The notes under the pieces are model-generated. The model saw only the letters and a list, made by a program, of their open reading frames with translations, was not told where the DNA came from and did not search any database. Of a stretch of DNA of 64,000 nt, positions 28,630 through 37,587 are shown piece after piece. The stretch covers positions 64,001-128,000 of the forward strand of contig CAVXTH010000001.1 of assembly GCA_963764625.1 (NCBI GenBank), given 5' to 3'. Each line of letters opens with the position of its first letter. Position 1 is the first letter of the stretch. The stretch is from Candidatus Krumholzibacteriota bacterium (GTDB lineage Bacteria; Krumholzibacteriota; Krumholzibacteriia; JAJRXK01). Position numbers and translations under genes: made by a program.

Positions 28630-29298
28630 TCAGTTCTCCGCTTCCGGCGTCGACTGGATTGCGGAGTCATTTGTGTGGTTTGCGGTTTCCTCGGGGACCT
28701 CGGCCAGAAGCCCCCGCGCGAAAATGGGTACGTTGTTGCAGATGATGTCGAGGGTCTCGTAGGTGACGTCTTCGAGCTTGTTCCAGAACTCGGCATTCAC
28801 CGCGCATCCGATTACGAGTCCGACGTAACAGCGCGCGGTGATACCCGGATCGACCTTGCGCAGCTCTCCGCTCTCGATCCGCAGTTGGAATTCCTTGGCC
28901 AGGAAGTTTACGTAGGGCATGCGGAACTCGCGCAACAGCTTCGCGGCCGCGTCGTCGTCGGTGGCCGAGGTCATCAGAAGGAGTCGGAGAAGCTGAGGAT
29001 CCTGCTGCGCGGTGGAGAGCAGGTGAAGCGACACGGCGCGCAGGAGGTCTTCGACCGAGCCCAGGGAGCTCAGAGTTTCCAGGTAGGAGCTGATCGCCAG
29101 TCCACGCGAGCGCGATTCCACTGCTTTTTCGAAAAGATCGAGTTTGCTGGGGAAGTGCCGATAGATGGCCGCCGCGGTGATGCCCACCTCCTCGGCCAAC
29201 TGGCGCATGGAGGTGCCGGCGTAGCCTTGCCGGGAAAAGTGCTGAAGGGCGACCTCGAGGATCTGGTCCCGGCGCGAAAGTTTGGACAGCGCAGGCAT
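28630..29298 (-). CDS. TetR family regulator
   Basis: RRDQILEVALQHFSRQGYAGTSMRQLAEEVGITAAAIYRHFPSK. Confidence 0.92.
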   Translation of the reverse strand: MPALSKLSRRDQILEVALQHFSRQGYAGTSMRQLAEEVGITAAAIYRHFPSKLDLFEKAVESRSRGLAISSYLETLSSLGSVEDLLRAVSLHLLSTAQQDPQLLRLLLMTSATDDDAAAKLLREFRMPYVNFLAKEFQLRIESGELRKVDPGITARCYVGLVIGCAVNAEFWNKLEDVTYETLDIICNNVPIFARGLLAEVPEETANHTNDSAIQSTPEAEN

Positions 29299-29384
29299 CG
29301 CGGGGCCCTCGCAAGCAGAAGAGGAAACGGTCTGTTTCTTTCGTACTGACGGTGAATCCCCTGACTTTCGCCTGCAAGGAGAAA

Positions 29385-29495
29385 GTAAACAGTTCTTCAC
29401 TTTGTTTCGGTGGGAAATCTGTAAACGCGTTAAGTGCCTATGGCAGGCTTTATTTAGCCAATATAACCATCATGTGAAGTAAACGATCGCTTAAC
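29385..29495. promoter_or_regulatory. AT-rich promoter region with three GTAAAC-initiated boxes (candidate TetR operators)
   Basis: GTAAAC at 29385, 29421, 29479; the third forms the near-palindrome TAAACGATCGCTTA. Confidence 0.45.
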
Positions 29496-29723
29496 ACAAT
29501 TCAAACATTCGTTCCGGCTGCGCGAGGGCGCTTTCGGGGCCATGGGCGCTCATCTTCCCTGGATTCTGGGCCTCCCCCGGTGGAGAATCAGGGACGGTAT
29601 GGGCCGCGGTCTCGTTGCGTCCGCCACGGGCCCGGCTGAGCGTTCGGGTGAGCTTCGTCCGGGCCCGGCGAGCCACATCGGCCCGGTCGCCGGTTCTTCT
29701 CCTGAGCAAGGGGTGTGGTACGG

Positions 29724-30572
29724 ATGGAAAGCGGGTTGAAGGAAAAGGTCGTCTGCATCACCGGAGCCTCCGGCGGCATCGGGCGGGCGCTCGCGGAGGG
29801 CTTTGCGCGCGAAGGCGCTCACCTGGTCCTGGGCGCCCACTCCCAACTCGAGGCACTGCAGCATTGGGTGACGAAGCAGAGCTGGAAGGAGCGGGCGCTC
29901 GCGCTGAAGGTCGACGTCCGCCGGCCCCGTGAACTGCAAGAGATGTGCGCCCAGGCAACCGCGCGTTTCGGCCGGGTAGATGTCTGTGTGGCCAACGCGG
30001 GAATCTGGCCCGAGGAAAGCCTGCCACTGTACCAGATGAGTGAAGAGCGCATCCTCCACACTATCGATGTCGATCTTTTGGGCGCCACCTGGACCGCCCG
30101 CGCCTTCCTGGCCGCACTCGCGCAGTGCGGGCCGCGCAAGGACGGTCACGGGGCGAACCTTGTATTCATCGGCTCCACTGCGGGACGCTTCGGGGAAGCC
30201 GGTCACTGCGACTACTCGCTGAGCAAGGCGGGAATGTACGGATTGCTGCGCAGTTTGAAGAACGAGATTGTTCAGCTCGATCCCTTCGGTCGGGTGAATC
30301 TGGTGGAACCGGGATGGACCGCGACGCCCATGGCCGAGGAATCCCTCCAGGATGATGCCGCGATCTCCCATATCGCCCGCACCATGCCCTTGCGCCAGGT
30401 TGCGCGCGCGGGCGACATTGCCCGGGCGGTGATGTTCTTCAGCTCTCCGCTTTTGGCCCGCCATGTCACTGGAGAAGTCCTCACCGTTGCGGGCGGCATG
30501 GAGGGTCGGACCCTCTGGGGTGAAGAACAGATCGACGCCGAGGCGGTGCGCCGGCGCCTCGATCCGGATTGA
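29724..30572 (+). CDS. Short-chain dehydrogenase/reductase
   Basis: ITGASGGIG, ANAG, S..YSLSK, VEPG. Confidence 0.93.
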   Translation: MESGLKEKVVCITGASGGIGRALAEGFAREGAHLVLGAHSQLEALQHWVTKQSWKERALALKVDVRRPRELQEMCAQATARFGRVDVCVANAGIWPEESLPLYQMSEERILHTIDVDLLGATWTARAFLAALAQCGPRKDGHGANLVFIGSTAGRFGEAGHCDYSLSKAGMYGLLRSLKNEIVQLDPFGRVNLVEPGWTATPMAEESLQDDAAISHIARTMPLRQVARAGDIARAVMFFSSPLLARHVTGEVLTVAGGMEGRTLWGEEQIDAEAVRRRLDPD

Positions 30573-30627
30573 GCGGCGACGCTGTCGCACCCTCGTGGCC
30601 TTCCCAAAACTCGAGAGGAACGCTTCC

Positions 30628-31998
30628 TTGAGGAATCTGCGACTCGTACTGAGCCTCGGTGTGCTCTGTCTAGGGACCGTCTCGGTGATCCCCGCCGCCA
30701 ACGCGGTTTCGGGAGCCTCCGCTGCCTCCGCGGCCAGCGAGGCCAAAGCGGGCGCGGGCAAGAGAACCGCCCCGACCAAACTGCCAGGGGTCTGGGAGCT
30801 GGCCAAACAAAATGAGGGCGAGCCCTATTGGGCTCCGCTTTTTCGCCTGCGCGACGCCGAAGCGCAGTACCGGGACACCCCGCAGTGGAGCGAGTACGCG
30901 CAGATGCGCGCCTCTCTCGAGTGCAAGGTCGGCGACCATGCGGCGGCGCTCGCGGCCTGGGATTCGGCCTTTGTACCGCGCGACTCCATGGGCACTCTGC
31001 CCGCGGGCATGAGAGCCCGCAACGCGGTCGACTACTTGGGTGCGATGGCGGACACGGCCCGGGTGATGATGATCAACGAGCGCCATCACGCGGCGTCCGA
31101 CCGTCTCTTGACCCTTGCGCTGCTTCCGATCCTTCGCGCCAAGGGCTACCGCTACTTCGCGGCCGAGGCCTTCGATCCGCGCGACAGCCAACTCAACGAG
31201 CGGATGTATCCGGTGGCGGCGACTGGAACCTATTTGCGCGATCCGGTGTTCGCCCTGCTCGTGCGCGAGGCGCTTCGCCTGGGCTACACACTGGTGCCCT
31301 ATGAGAGCATGCGCGGCGAGGAAGCGGGAGACGATTCGATGACCACGCAACAGCGTCGCGACTTCACGCAGGCGCGCAACCTCGCGCGAGCGACGGTCGA
31401 GCAGGATCCCAAGGCGAAAGTCCTGGTGCACGCAGGGTATTCACATGTGCTCGAGCGCGCGAGCGAGCGCTTCACGCCCATGGCCCTGTATTTCCGCCAG
31501 CTCACAGGAATCGATCCAGTCACGGTCGATCAGACGCGCTTGAGCGAACGGAGCGAGCCCCGCTACGAAGATCCCGCGTATCGCGCCTGCGTGAAAGCGG
31601 GGTTCCTGAAGGATGGGCCGGTGATCCTCTTCGACGCGAAGGGGAAGCCCTACGCGCCCGCCGACTTCGCGGTCGACTACCAGGTCTTCACCCCGCGCAC
31701 ACACTATGTGGACGGACGACCCACGTGGATGGCGTGCGGAGGGCTGCGGCGCGCGGTTTCGGTGGATGTTCCCGAGGCGCAGGAGCAGTGGTGCATGCTC
31801 GAGGCGCGGGTTCCGGATGAGCCGCTAGATGCGATTCCCCTGGACCGCTGCGAGGTGGAGGGAACGGACAAGGCAACGCTGTTCGTGCCAGTTGGCCAGA
31901 AGTTCGTGCTCCGTGTACTGGACCAGGACAAAGAGGAGCTTCGCGAAACCCTGGAGACGAACCCGCGTCCTGAGAAAGCGCGCGGAGGAGACGAATAG
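30628..31998 (+). CDS. Secreted hypothetical protein, possible EreA/ChaN/TIKI-like fold
   Basis: GAGAGG RBS with TTG start, signal-like N-terminus; INERHH, YFAAE, RDFTQARNL, VHAGYSH motifs. Confidence 0.65.
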   Translation: MRNLRLVLSLGVLCLGTVSVIPAANAVSGASAASAASEAKAGAGKRTAPTKLPGVWELAKQNEGEPYWAPLFRLRDAEAQYRDTPQWSEYAQMRASLECKVGDHAAALAAWDSAFVPRDSMGTLPAGMRARNAVDYLGAMADTARVMMINERHHAASDRLLTLALLPILRAKGYRYFAAEAFDPRDSQLNERMYPVAATGTYLRDPVFALLVREALRLGYTLVPYESMRGEEAGDDSMTTQQRRDFTQARNLARATVEQDPKAKVLVHAGYSHVLERASERFTPMALYFRQLTGIDPVTVDQTRLSERSEPRYEDPAYRACVKAGFLKDGPVILFDAKGKPYAPADFAVDYQVFTPRTHYVDGRPTWMACGGLRRAVSVDVPEAQEQWCMLEARVPDEPLDAIPLDRCEVEGTDKATLFVPVGQKFVLRVLDQDKEELRETLETNPRPEKARGGDE

Positions 31999-32085
31999 GC
32001 CGCAGGATGCGCGTGGGACAAGAGCTCGAGGTGAAAAGCTCAGTGAGCGGGATCGAGCCCTCGAGTCGGCACTCGCACCGGCCGC

Positions 32086-32970
32086 CTACTTCCCTGAAGC
32101 GAATTCGCCGGCAAAGAGATCGTTGGCGAAGGCGAGCAACAGACGGGCGAAGTCTTCCCGGCGCGCCGCGCCCACCGCGATGACCTCCTCGTGCGACACC
32201 TCTTCCACCCCGTGCTCGCGGGCCACGTTCGTGATGCAGGAGACTCCCACCACCTTGACCCCCAGACGATGTGCGAGGGCCGCTTCCGGACCGGTCGACA
32301 TGCCAATGGCCGAAGTCCCGATCGATCGATAGAAGCCGATCTCCTTGGGCGTCTCGTAGCTCGGACCCCACAACGAAACATAGGCCCCCGTTGCCACGGC
32401 GATTCCATTGGCGGCCCCGACGTCGACCATACGTAGAGCCAACTCACGATCGAAGGGGCCATTGTGGGTCGCGGCGCGCAGATGGGCTTCGACTCGATCA
32501 CTCACCGGCGGCAACACCAGTCCGCGCAGCGCATCGCCGTGAAAATCGAGCAGCCCGGTGAGTGCAACCAGGTCGCCGGCGCGCGCGTCGGGACTGGCGC
32601 CTCCGGCCGCGTTGGTCAGAACCAACACTTCCACCCCCAACGCGAGCAGAGTCGCGATGGGAAAGAGCACATCCTCCATCGCGTGGCCTTCGTAGGCGTG
32701 GAGACGTCCCTGTAGCACCAGAAGCCCGTTCTTCGTACCGGGAATGGAGCACCCGAGGAGTTGCCCCTCGTGGGCCGCGACGCTTGGCGCGTAAAAGCCG
32801 GGAATGGAGGCAAATTTGCGTTGATGCAAAATCTCGAGCTGCTGGGCGAAGTTCCCCAGACCGCTTCCCAACACCACACCCAGCCGGCCGCGAAAGCCTT
32901 CCTCACGTAGGGTCTTCGCGCCGGCCTCGACCTGCTGCGCGTAATCCTCTCGCAGTCGCCACGCCCCCAT
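32086..32970 (-). CDS. punA: Purine nucleoside phosphorylase (trimeric type)
   Basis: VLGSGLG, QGRLHAYEG, TNAAGG, GPSYETPKE, GMST.PE, SCITN. Confidence 0.93.
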   Translation of the reverse strand: MGAWRLREDYAQQVEAGAKTLREEGFRGRLGVVLGSGLGNFAQQLEILHQRKFASIPGFYAPSVAAHEGQLLGCSIPGTKNGLLVLQGRLHAYEGHAMEDVLFPIATLLALGVEVLVLTNAAGGASPDARAGDLVALTGLLDFHGDALRGLVLPPVSDRVEAHLRAATHNGPFDRELALRMVDVGAANGIAVATGAYVSLWGPSYETPKEIGFYRSIGTSAIGMSTGPEAALAHRLGVKVVGVSCITNVAREHGVEEVSHEEVIAVGAARREDFARLLLAFANDLFAGEFASGK

Positions 32971-34079
32971 CAGGCAACTTCCAATCCGTGCCGGCGGCGC
33001 GCCTCGCCGATCTGCTCGATGGCCATGCGCATCAGCTCCACCCGCGTCTGTTGCGACAGGAACGCGCTCTTGAATCCCGCCAGCAGAATGTTCTCCATTT
33101 CGAGCAGGCTCAGGTCGAAAACGTCGACGGCCCGGCGTAACTCGCCCGTGAGATCCGTGTCCAAAAGCAGGCGGTTGTTCGTGCACAGGGTCACGCGCAC
33201 CCCGTAGCGAAGGAAACGCCGCAGAGGGTGCCGGTCGATACTCTTCACCGCGCCGGTGCGCACACTGCTGCTCAAACCGACCTCGAGCGGGATGCGATGG
33301 TTCGCCACGTAGCGTAGAAGGTTCATGTCCTCCAGCAAGCGCGTACCGTGTCCGATGCGATGCGCCCCCAGATAGTGCAGGGCCTGATGAATGCTGGGCG
33401 GGCCGAATTCCTCCCCCGCGTGAACCGTGCAGTTGATGTTGTTGTTCAGAATGAGATAGAACGCCTCAAGGTGATCCTTGGCCGGGTTGTCCATCTCGAT
33501 TCCGGCCAGATCGAATCCAACCACGCCACGCCGCTTGTAGTGCACCGCCAGTTCGGCCAGGCGGTGGGTCTCCTTCGGAGAGTGATGGCGCAGTCCGGTG
33601 ATCACCAGCTCGGCCGAGATCCCGGTCTCCTCACGCCCCTCCATGAGTCCCGCCAGCACGGCATCAGTTGCACCCTCGGGATCGAGCGCGCGTTCGCAGT
33701 GCAGCACCGGGCTGAATCGCATCTCCAGATGCTTGACGTTCTCCGCCGCGCAATCGGCTACCAGCTCGCGGGTAACGCGCCGCAGCGAAACTTCGTCCTG
33801 CAGAACCCGGTGCACCACGTCGAACAGAGGAATGTAGGTGGACAGCGAAGGCTCTTCGCCGGCGCCTCCGAGCAAGCTCCGCAAACTGTCTTCACTGCCT
33901 CCCGGCAACTCGAGGCCCTGTTCGGCGTAGAGCTCGACCAGGGTCGCAAAGCGCACGCTGCCATCGAGATGGACGTGGAGATCCGCCTTCGGCAGATCAC
34001 GGAGGAGTTCGGTCGAGATTTCCTCTCCGCGCAAGAGGTCCCCGCGCAGATAGCCATCCTGTCGAACCGAACCGGCCAT
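32970..34079 (-). CDS. add: Adenosine deaminase
   Basis: PKADLHVHLDGS, GFDLAG, TVHAGE, RIGHG; start MAGSV overlaps the upstream stop. Confidence 0.93.
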   Translation of the reverse strand: MAGSVRQDGYLRGDLLRGEEISTELLRDLPKADLHVHLDGSVRFATLVELYAEQGLELPGGSEDSLRSLLGGAGEEPSLSTYIPLFDVVHRVLQDEVSLRRVTRELVADCAAENVKHLEMRFSPVLHCERALDPEGATDAVLAGLMEGREETGISAELVITGLRHHSPKETHRLAELAVHYKRRGVVGFDLAGIEMDNPAKDHLEAFYLILNNNINCTVHAGEEFGPPSIHQALHYLGAHRIGHGTRLLEDMNLLRYVANHRIPLEVGLSSSVRTGAVKSIDRHPLRRFLRYGVRVTLCTNNRLLLDTDLTGELRRAVDVFDLSLLEMENILLAGFKSAFLSQQTRVELMRMAIEQIGEARRRHGLEVA

Positions 34080-34741
34080 CAGGCCCTGCCTTTCAGTTCC
34101 TTGGGCTGCGAGAGAGAGCGAATGACCTCCACCAGCTCGTCCTGGGCCTTGCGGTCGTTCTTGAGATCGAGCTCCTCGGTGTTCACCACGTGCAGAGGAC
34201 AGAGCAGGGGAATTCGTTCGGCCCACAGCTCGTAGCTCTCGTGCAGTTCGCGGATGTACTCCTCCTCGATCTGCTTCTCGCAATCGCGACCGCGGGCGCG
34301 AATGCGCTGCATGATGGTCTCGGGTTGAGCGCGCAAATAGAGGATGAGATCGGGGGGGCGCAGGTAGCTCACCATGGCGGCGAAGAGGTCTTTGTAATTG
34401 TGGTAATCGCGTTCGTCCATCATGCCGCGGCGGTACAGAATGCGCGCAAAGATCTCGGTATCTTCGTAGATGGTGCGATCCTGCACTACGCTGCGTCCGC
34501 TTTGAAGGATCGTACGCTGCAGGGCGAAGCGCTTGGAGAGTAGAAACACCTGAAGGTGGAAGCTGTACCGCTTCATGTCGGCGTAGAAGTCATCGAGATA
34601 GGGATTGTCCGCGACCGGCTCGTAGTAGGTGTCCCACCCCAGGCGTTCGCCCAAGAGGTCGGTGACCAGGGTTTTTCCCACCCCAATGTTTCCGGCGATG
34701 GCGAGGAAGAACGGTTGTGTTTCTCGGTTGGGCGTTGTCAT
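34079..34741 (-). CDS. Deoxynucleoside kinase
   Basis: IAGNIGVGKT, YEPV..NPYL.DFY, QDRTIYED, RI..RGR.CE. Confidence 0.94.
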   Translation of the reverse strand: MTTPNRETQPFFLAIAGNIGVGKTLVTDLLGERLGWDTYYEPVADNPYLDDFYADMKRYSFHLQVFLLSKRFALQRTILQSGRSVVQDRTIYEDTEIFARILYRRGMMDERDYHNYKDLFAAMVSYLRPPDLILYLRAQPETIMQRIRARGRDCEKQIEEEYIRELHESYELWAERIPLLCPLHVVNTEELDLKNDRKAQDELVEVIRSLSQPKELKGRA

Positions 34742-34763
34742 GACGCCGCCTCCTCTCTCACTC

Positions 34764-35381
34764 TCACGCGCGGGGCGGCAGGCCGTCCAGGGCGTCGATC
34801 TTGGCCACGCGGCGCGCGTGGCGTCCTCCCGAATGATCAGTCCGCAGCCAGATCCGAAGAATGCGGCTGGCGTGGCCTGGATGAATCTGCGCGCTTCCGA
34901 GCACTAGCACGTTGGCGTCGTTGTGCTCGCGGCTGTTGCTCGCGGTGGCTTCGTTGTGCACGGTGGCGGCACGCACTCCCCGCATCTTGTTCAATGCCAT
35001 GGCGCTGCCAATGCCCGCCCCGTCGATCATCACGCCGAAGCGACACGCTCCGGCCTGGATCTGCTGGCCCACTTTGATCGCGAAGTCGGGGTAGTCGCAC
35101 GACTGCTCGGAGTGGGTACCGACGTCGACCGCCTCGTAGCCAAGCTCAGCCAGGATCTCTTTGAGCCGCCGCTTGAGGGCGAAGCCGCCGTGGTCGCTTC
35201 CGATGGCTACCCTTTTCGCCGCGCCCGGCTTGAGGGCGCATGGAGTCCCGGCCAAGGGCCGCGGATCGGGGGCCCGGCCGGGAGTCACCGGCGAGGTGAG
35301 CGCGCCCGCATCCGGGGGCGCGAAATCGTCGAGAATCTGCTCGACGAGGCGTCGCACCTGATCTCGCGAAATCGAAGCCAC
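34764..35381 (-). CDS. rpiB: Ribose-5-phosphate isomerase B with N-terminal amphipathic extension
   Basis: IGSDHGGFALK, DYPD, IDGAGIGSAMALNK, SREHNDANVL, GGRHARRV; GTG start after GGAGAGG. Confidence 0.92.
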   Translation of the reverse strand: MASISRDQVRRLVEQILDDFAPPDAGALTSPVTPGRAPDPRPLAGTPCALKPGAAKRVAIGSDHGGFALKRRLKEILAELGYEAVDVGTHSEQSCDYPDFAIKVGQQIQAGACRFGVMIDGAGIGSAMALNKMRGVRAATVHNEATASNSREHNDANVLVLGSAQIHPGHASRILRIWLRTDHSGGRHARRVAKIDALDGLPPRA

Positions 35382-35473
35382 TGCGGATCCTCTCCCAAGC
35401 GAAAACTGACGAGAATCGTAGTCTCTTGGCGCGCAAAGGGCAATCGCGCGGCGAGAATCCGCCGGCAATCGGG

Positions 35474-36613
35474 CTAGGATCCGCCCTTGAAATCGCTCCA
35501 GCGCTTGTCCTCGAACACGCGGATCTGCGCGCTGGCGGCGTCGACCACGTAGAGAATCGCGCCCGAAATTTCCACCTGGATGCCTCCCCGCGTGGTGATT
35601 CCGTGGACGATCGCGAACTTGCGTGGCGAGCCCAGCGGCACCGAGCCGCCGGCGCCGTTGCCAAAGAGGAGGTCGAAGCCGCCTAAGGGGCTGAAGCGTT
35701 GGCCGCGGCCGTTGCCCGAGTCCGCCACGTAGATGCGGCCTTCCCGATCGATTCCGACGCCATAGGGGGTGTTGAACTCGCCCGCTTCACTTCCCGGACC
35801 AGGCTCGAAGATGCCCCCACAGCCAGGAGCCTTCCCCAGGACGTGGGCCGAGATGTCGACGGTGGGACAGCTAGTGGGGTAGAAAGGAACGATCGCACCG
35901 GTGGCGGTCGAGTCCGGGCCGGTGGGAGTGGGATCGAAGCGAATGACCCAGTTGCGCGTGGTGTCGGCGTCGCACACGAGCAGCATGCCGGCCGAATCGA
36001 ACGCCAGACCCACCGGGCGCTGCACGAACTGGGGACTCTCCACGCTGCCCCGGGAATTTGCGACCTCGCCGCGCGGCTGCAGGAGGCCAAGATCGTGGTC
36101 GAGCCACCGGAAGCGCAACACCGCGCCGGAATCCGGATCGGCCAGATACAGCAAATCGTCCCGCGTCACGATGGCCGCAACGCTCTTGGCCAGTCCGCTG
36201 AGATCGTAGCTCCCCTGGGGCGACAGATCGGTCTGGGAGAAGAACGAGAGTCGCGGCGGCGTCGCGGCGTCACCGCTTTCGCCCACCACGACGGTCCGGG
36301 TCAGAGAATCGAGGCACACCGCGGTGGGATTGGCCAGTCCCGTGACCGGTCCCTTGTCGAGCACGCCCTTCAAATTGTACTTGGTGAGCGTGCCCGGCTG
36401 CCCCTCGGTGACGAAGATCTTTCCCGCCGCCTCGATGAGATCGGTGGGATCGGTCAGATCCCACTGGCTCTTTTCGAGATAGAGGCTGCTGCTGGGAATC
36501 CCTTTTGCTTCGGGAGCGGTGATCTTCACGCCGCAGCCAAACAGGGTGAAGAGCCCCGCGAGAGCGACGAGCCCCGTCAGGGCGGAGAATGGGAATTCAC
36601 GCCGCGCGCTCAT
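35474..36613 (-). CDS. NHL-repeat (beta-propeller) lipoprotein
   Basis: Lipobox LFGC; P.GLAFD, FNTPYGVGID..IYVADSGN.R repeats. Confidence 0.85.
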   Translation of the reverse strand: MSARREFPFSALTGLVALAGLFTLFGCGVKITAPEAKGIPSSSLYLEKSQWDLTDPTDLIEAAGKIFVTEGQPGTLTKYNLKGVLDKGPVTGLANPTAVCLDSLTRTVVVGESGDAATPPRLSFFSQTDLSPQGSYDLSGLAKSVAAIVTRDDLLYLADPDSGAVLRFRWLDHDLGLLQPRGEVANSRGSVESPQFVQRPVGLAFDSAGMLLVCDADTTRNWVIRFDPTPTGPDSTATGAIVPFYPTSCPTVDISAHVLGKAPGCGGIFEPGPGSEAGEFNTPYGVGIDREGRIYVADSGNGRGQRFSPLGGFDLLFGNGAGGSVPLGSPRKFAIVHGITTRGGIQVEISGAILYVVDAASAQIRVFEDKRWSDFKGGS

Positions 36614-37587
36614 CGTCCGAACTCCACCGTTACCGTGTGCAAGCCACCGAACGCTCCTCGATCGTCATAGGCGTAGCCAACCCGCAAGAGCAGCCCCTTC
36701 TTCTCCAGGTGCAGGCCGAAGCCAGCGGAAATTCCACCCTGATCGACGTTGCTTCGCCAACCTCCGCGAAGTGCGAGATGGTCGAGCAGCGCGGCTTCGC
36801 CGCCAAAGATGACCGATTCCTGCTCATCGCTGGGATGACGGAAATCGAAACACAGGGTGAGCCGGCGATGGTCGCCCGTGCCGAAGTCGTAGGCCGCACC
36901 GAAGACCGCGATGGTCGGGGCGGCGAAACTCTGCCAGTCGGTTCCCGCTTCGGGTGGCGGAGCGCCGGTGAGCTTCAGGTCGCCGCCGAAGTTCTGCACC
37001 GTGAAACCAACCCGCGCGGTGTGGAAGCCGATGTAATAGAGCGCGCCCAGATCGAGGAACACGCCCTCGTTCTTGAACTCGTCGAGGTTCTCCTGCAGGA
37101 ACTTGGCGGTAGCGGCGACGGTGAAGCGATCGGTCATCTGGCGGCCCAGAGAGACCGAGCCCACGAATTGATTGGCGGTAAAGGTGAAGCCCTGCCCGGT
37201 GGGGTGCAGCTCGCTGGTGCGAAGAATGTCTCCGCTGCGCAGCACTCCGCCCATCAGGCCAAGTCGCCACACGCCGATCTTCCGCACGTAGGCGATGTGG
37301 TCGACGTTCATGTCGGCCGCGTATGCGGTGTGCGACACCAGGAGCTGATTCGAACCCCCGACGGTGATCATGGCGGCGGGATTCCAGAACACGGACGATG
37401 CGCCGTCCGCCGCGGCGCTCATGCCACTCCCCATGGCGATGCCGCGCGCTCCGAAGGGGACGCGAAGAAACTGTCCGCCACTGGTTCCCGCTCGCTCTCC
37501 TCCGTACAGAGCGATGAGCTGTCCAGCCGTGGCCGGCGAAGCAACCAGCAGCAGGAGCCAGAGGATAAAGAGTGAGCGCCTTACCAT
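36610..37587 (-). CDS. PorV/PorQ-family outer-membrane barrel
   Basis: GTSGGQFLRVPFGARGIAMG..SSVFWNPA; LALRGG..GFGL..YAY. Confidence 0.88.
   Translation of the reverse strand: MVRRSLFILWLLLLVASPATAGQLIALYGGERAGTSGGQFLRVPFGARGIAMGSGMSAAADGASSVFWNPAAMITVGGSNQLLVSHTAYAADMNVDHIAYVRKIGVWRLGLMGGVLRSGDILRTSELHPTGQGFTFTANQFVGSVSLGRQMTDRFTVAATAKFLQENLDEFKNEGVFLDLGALYYIGFHTARVGFTVQNFGGDLKLTGAPPPEAGTDWQSFAAPTIAVFGAAYDFGTGDHRRLTLCFDFRHPSDEQESVIFGGEAALLDHLALRGGWRSNVDQGGISAGFGLHLEKKGLLLRVGYAYDDRGAFGGLHTVTVEFGR

Noticed and set aside
26039-29349. Long plus-strand ORFs (386, 263 and 378 aa) over the cytochrome operon
   Set aside because: Antisense shadows typical of high-GC DNA; the minus strand carries the clear motifs.
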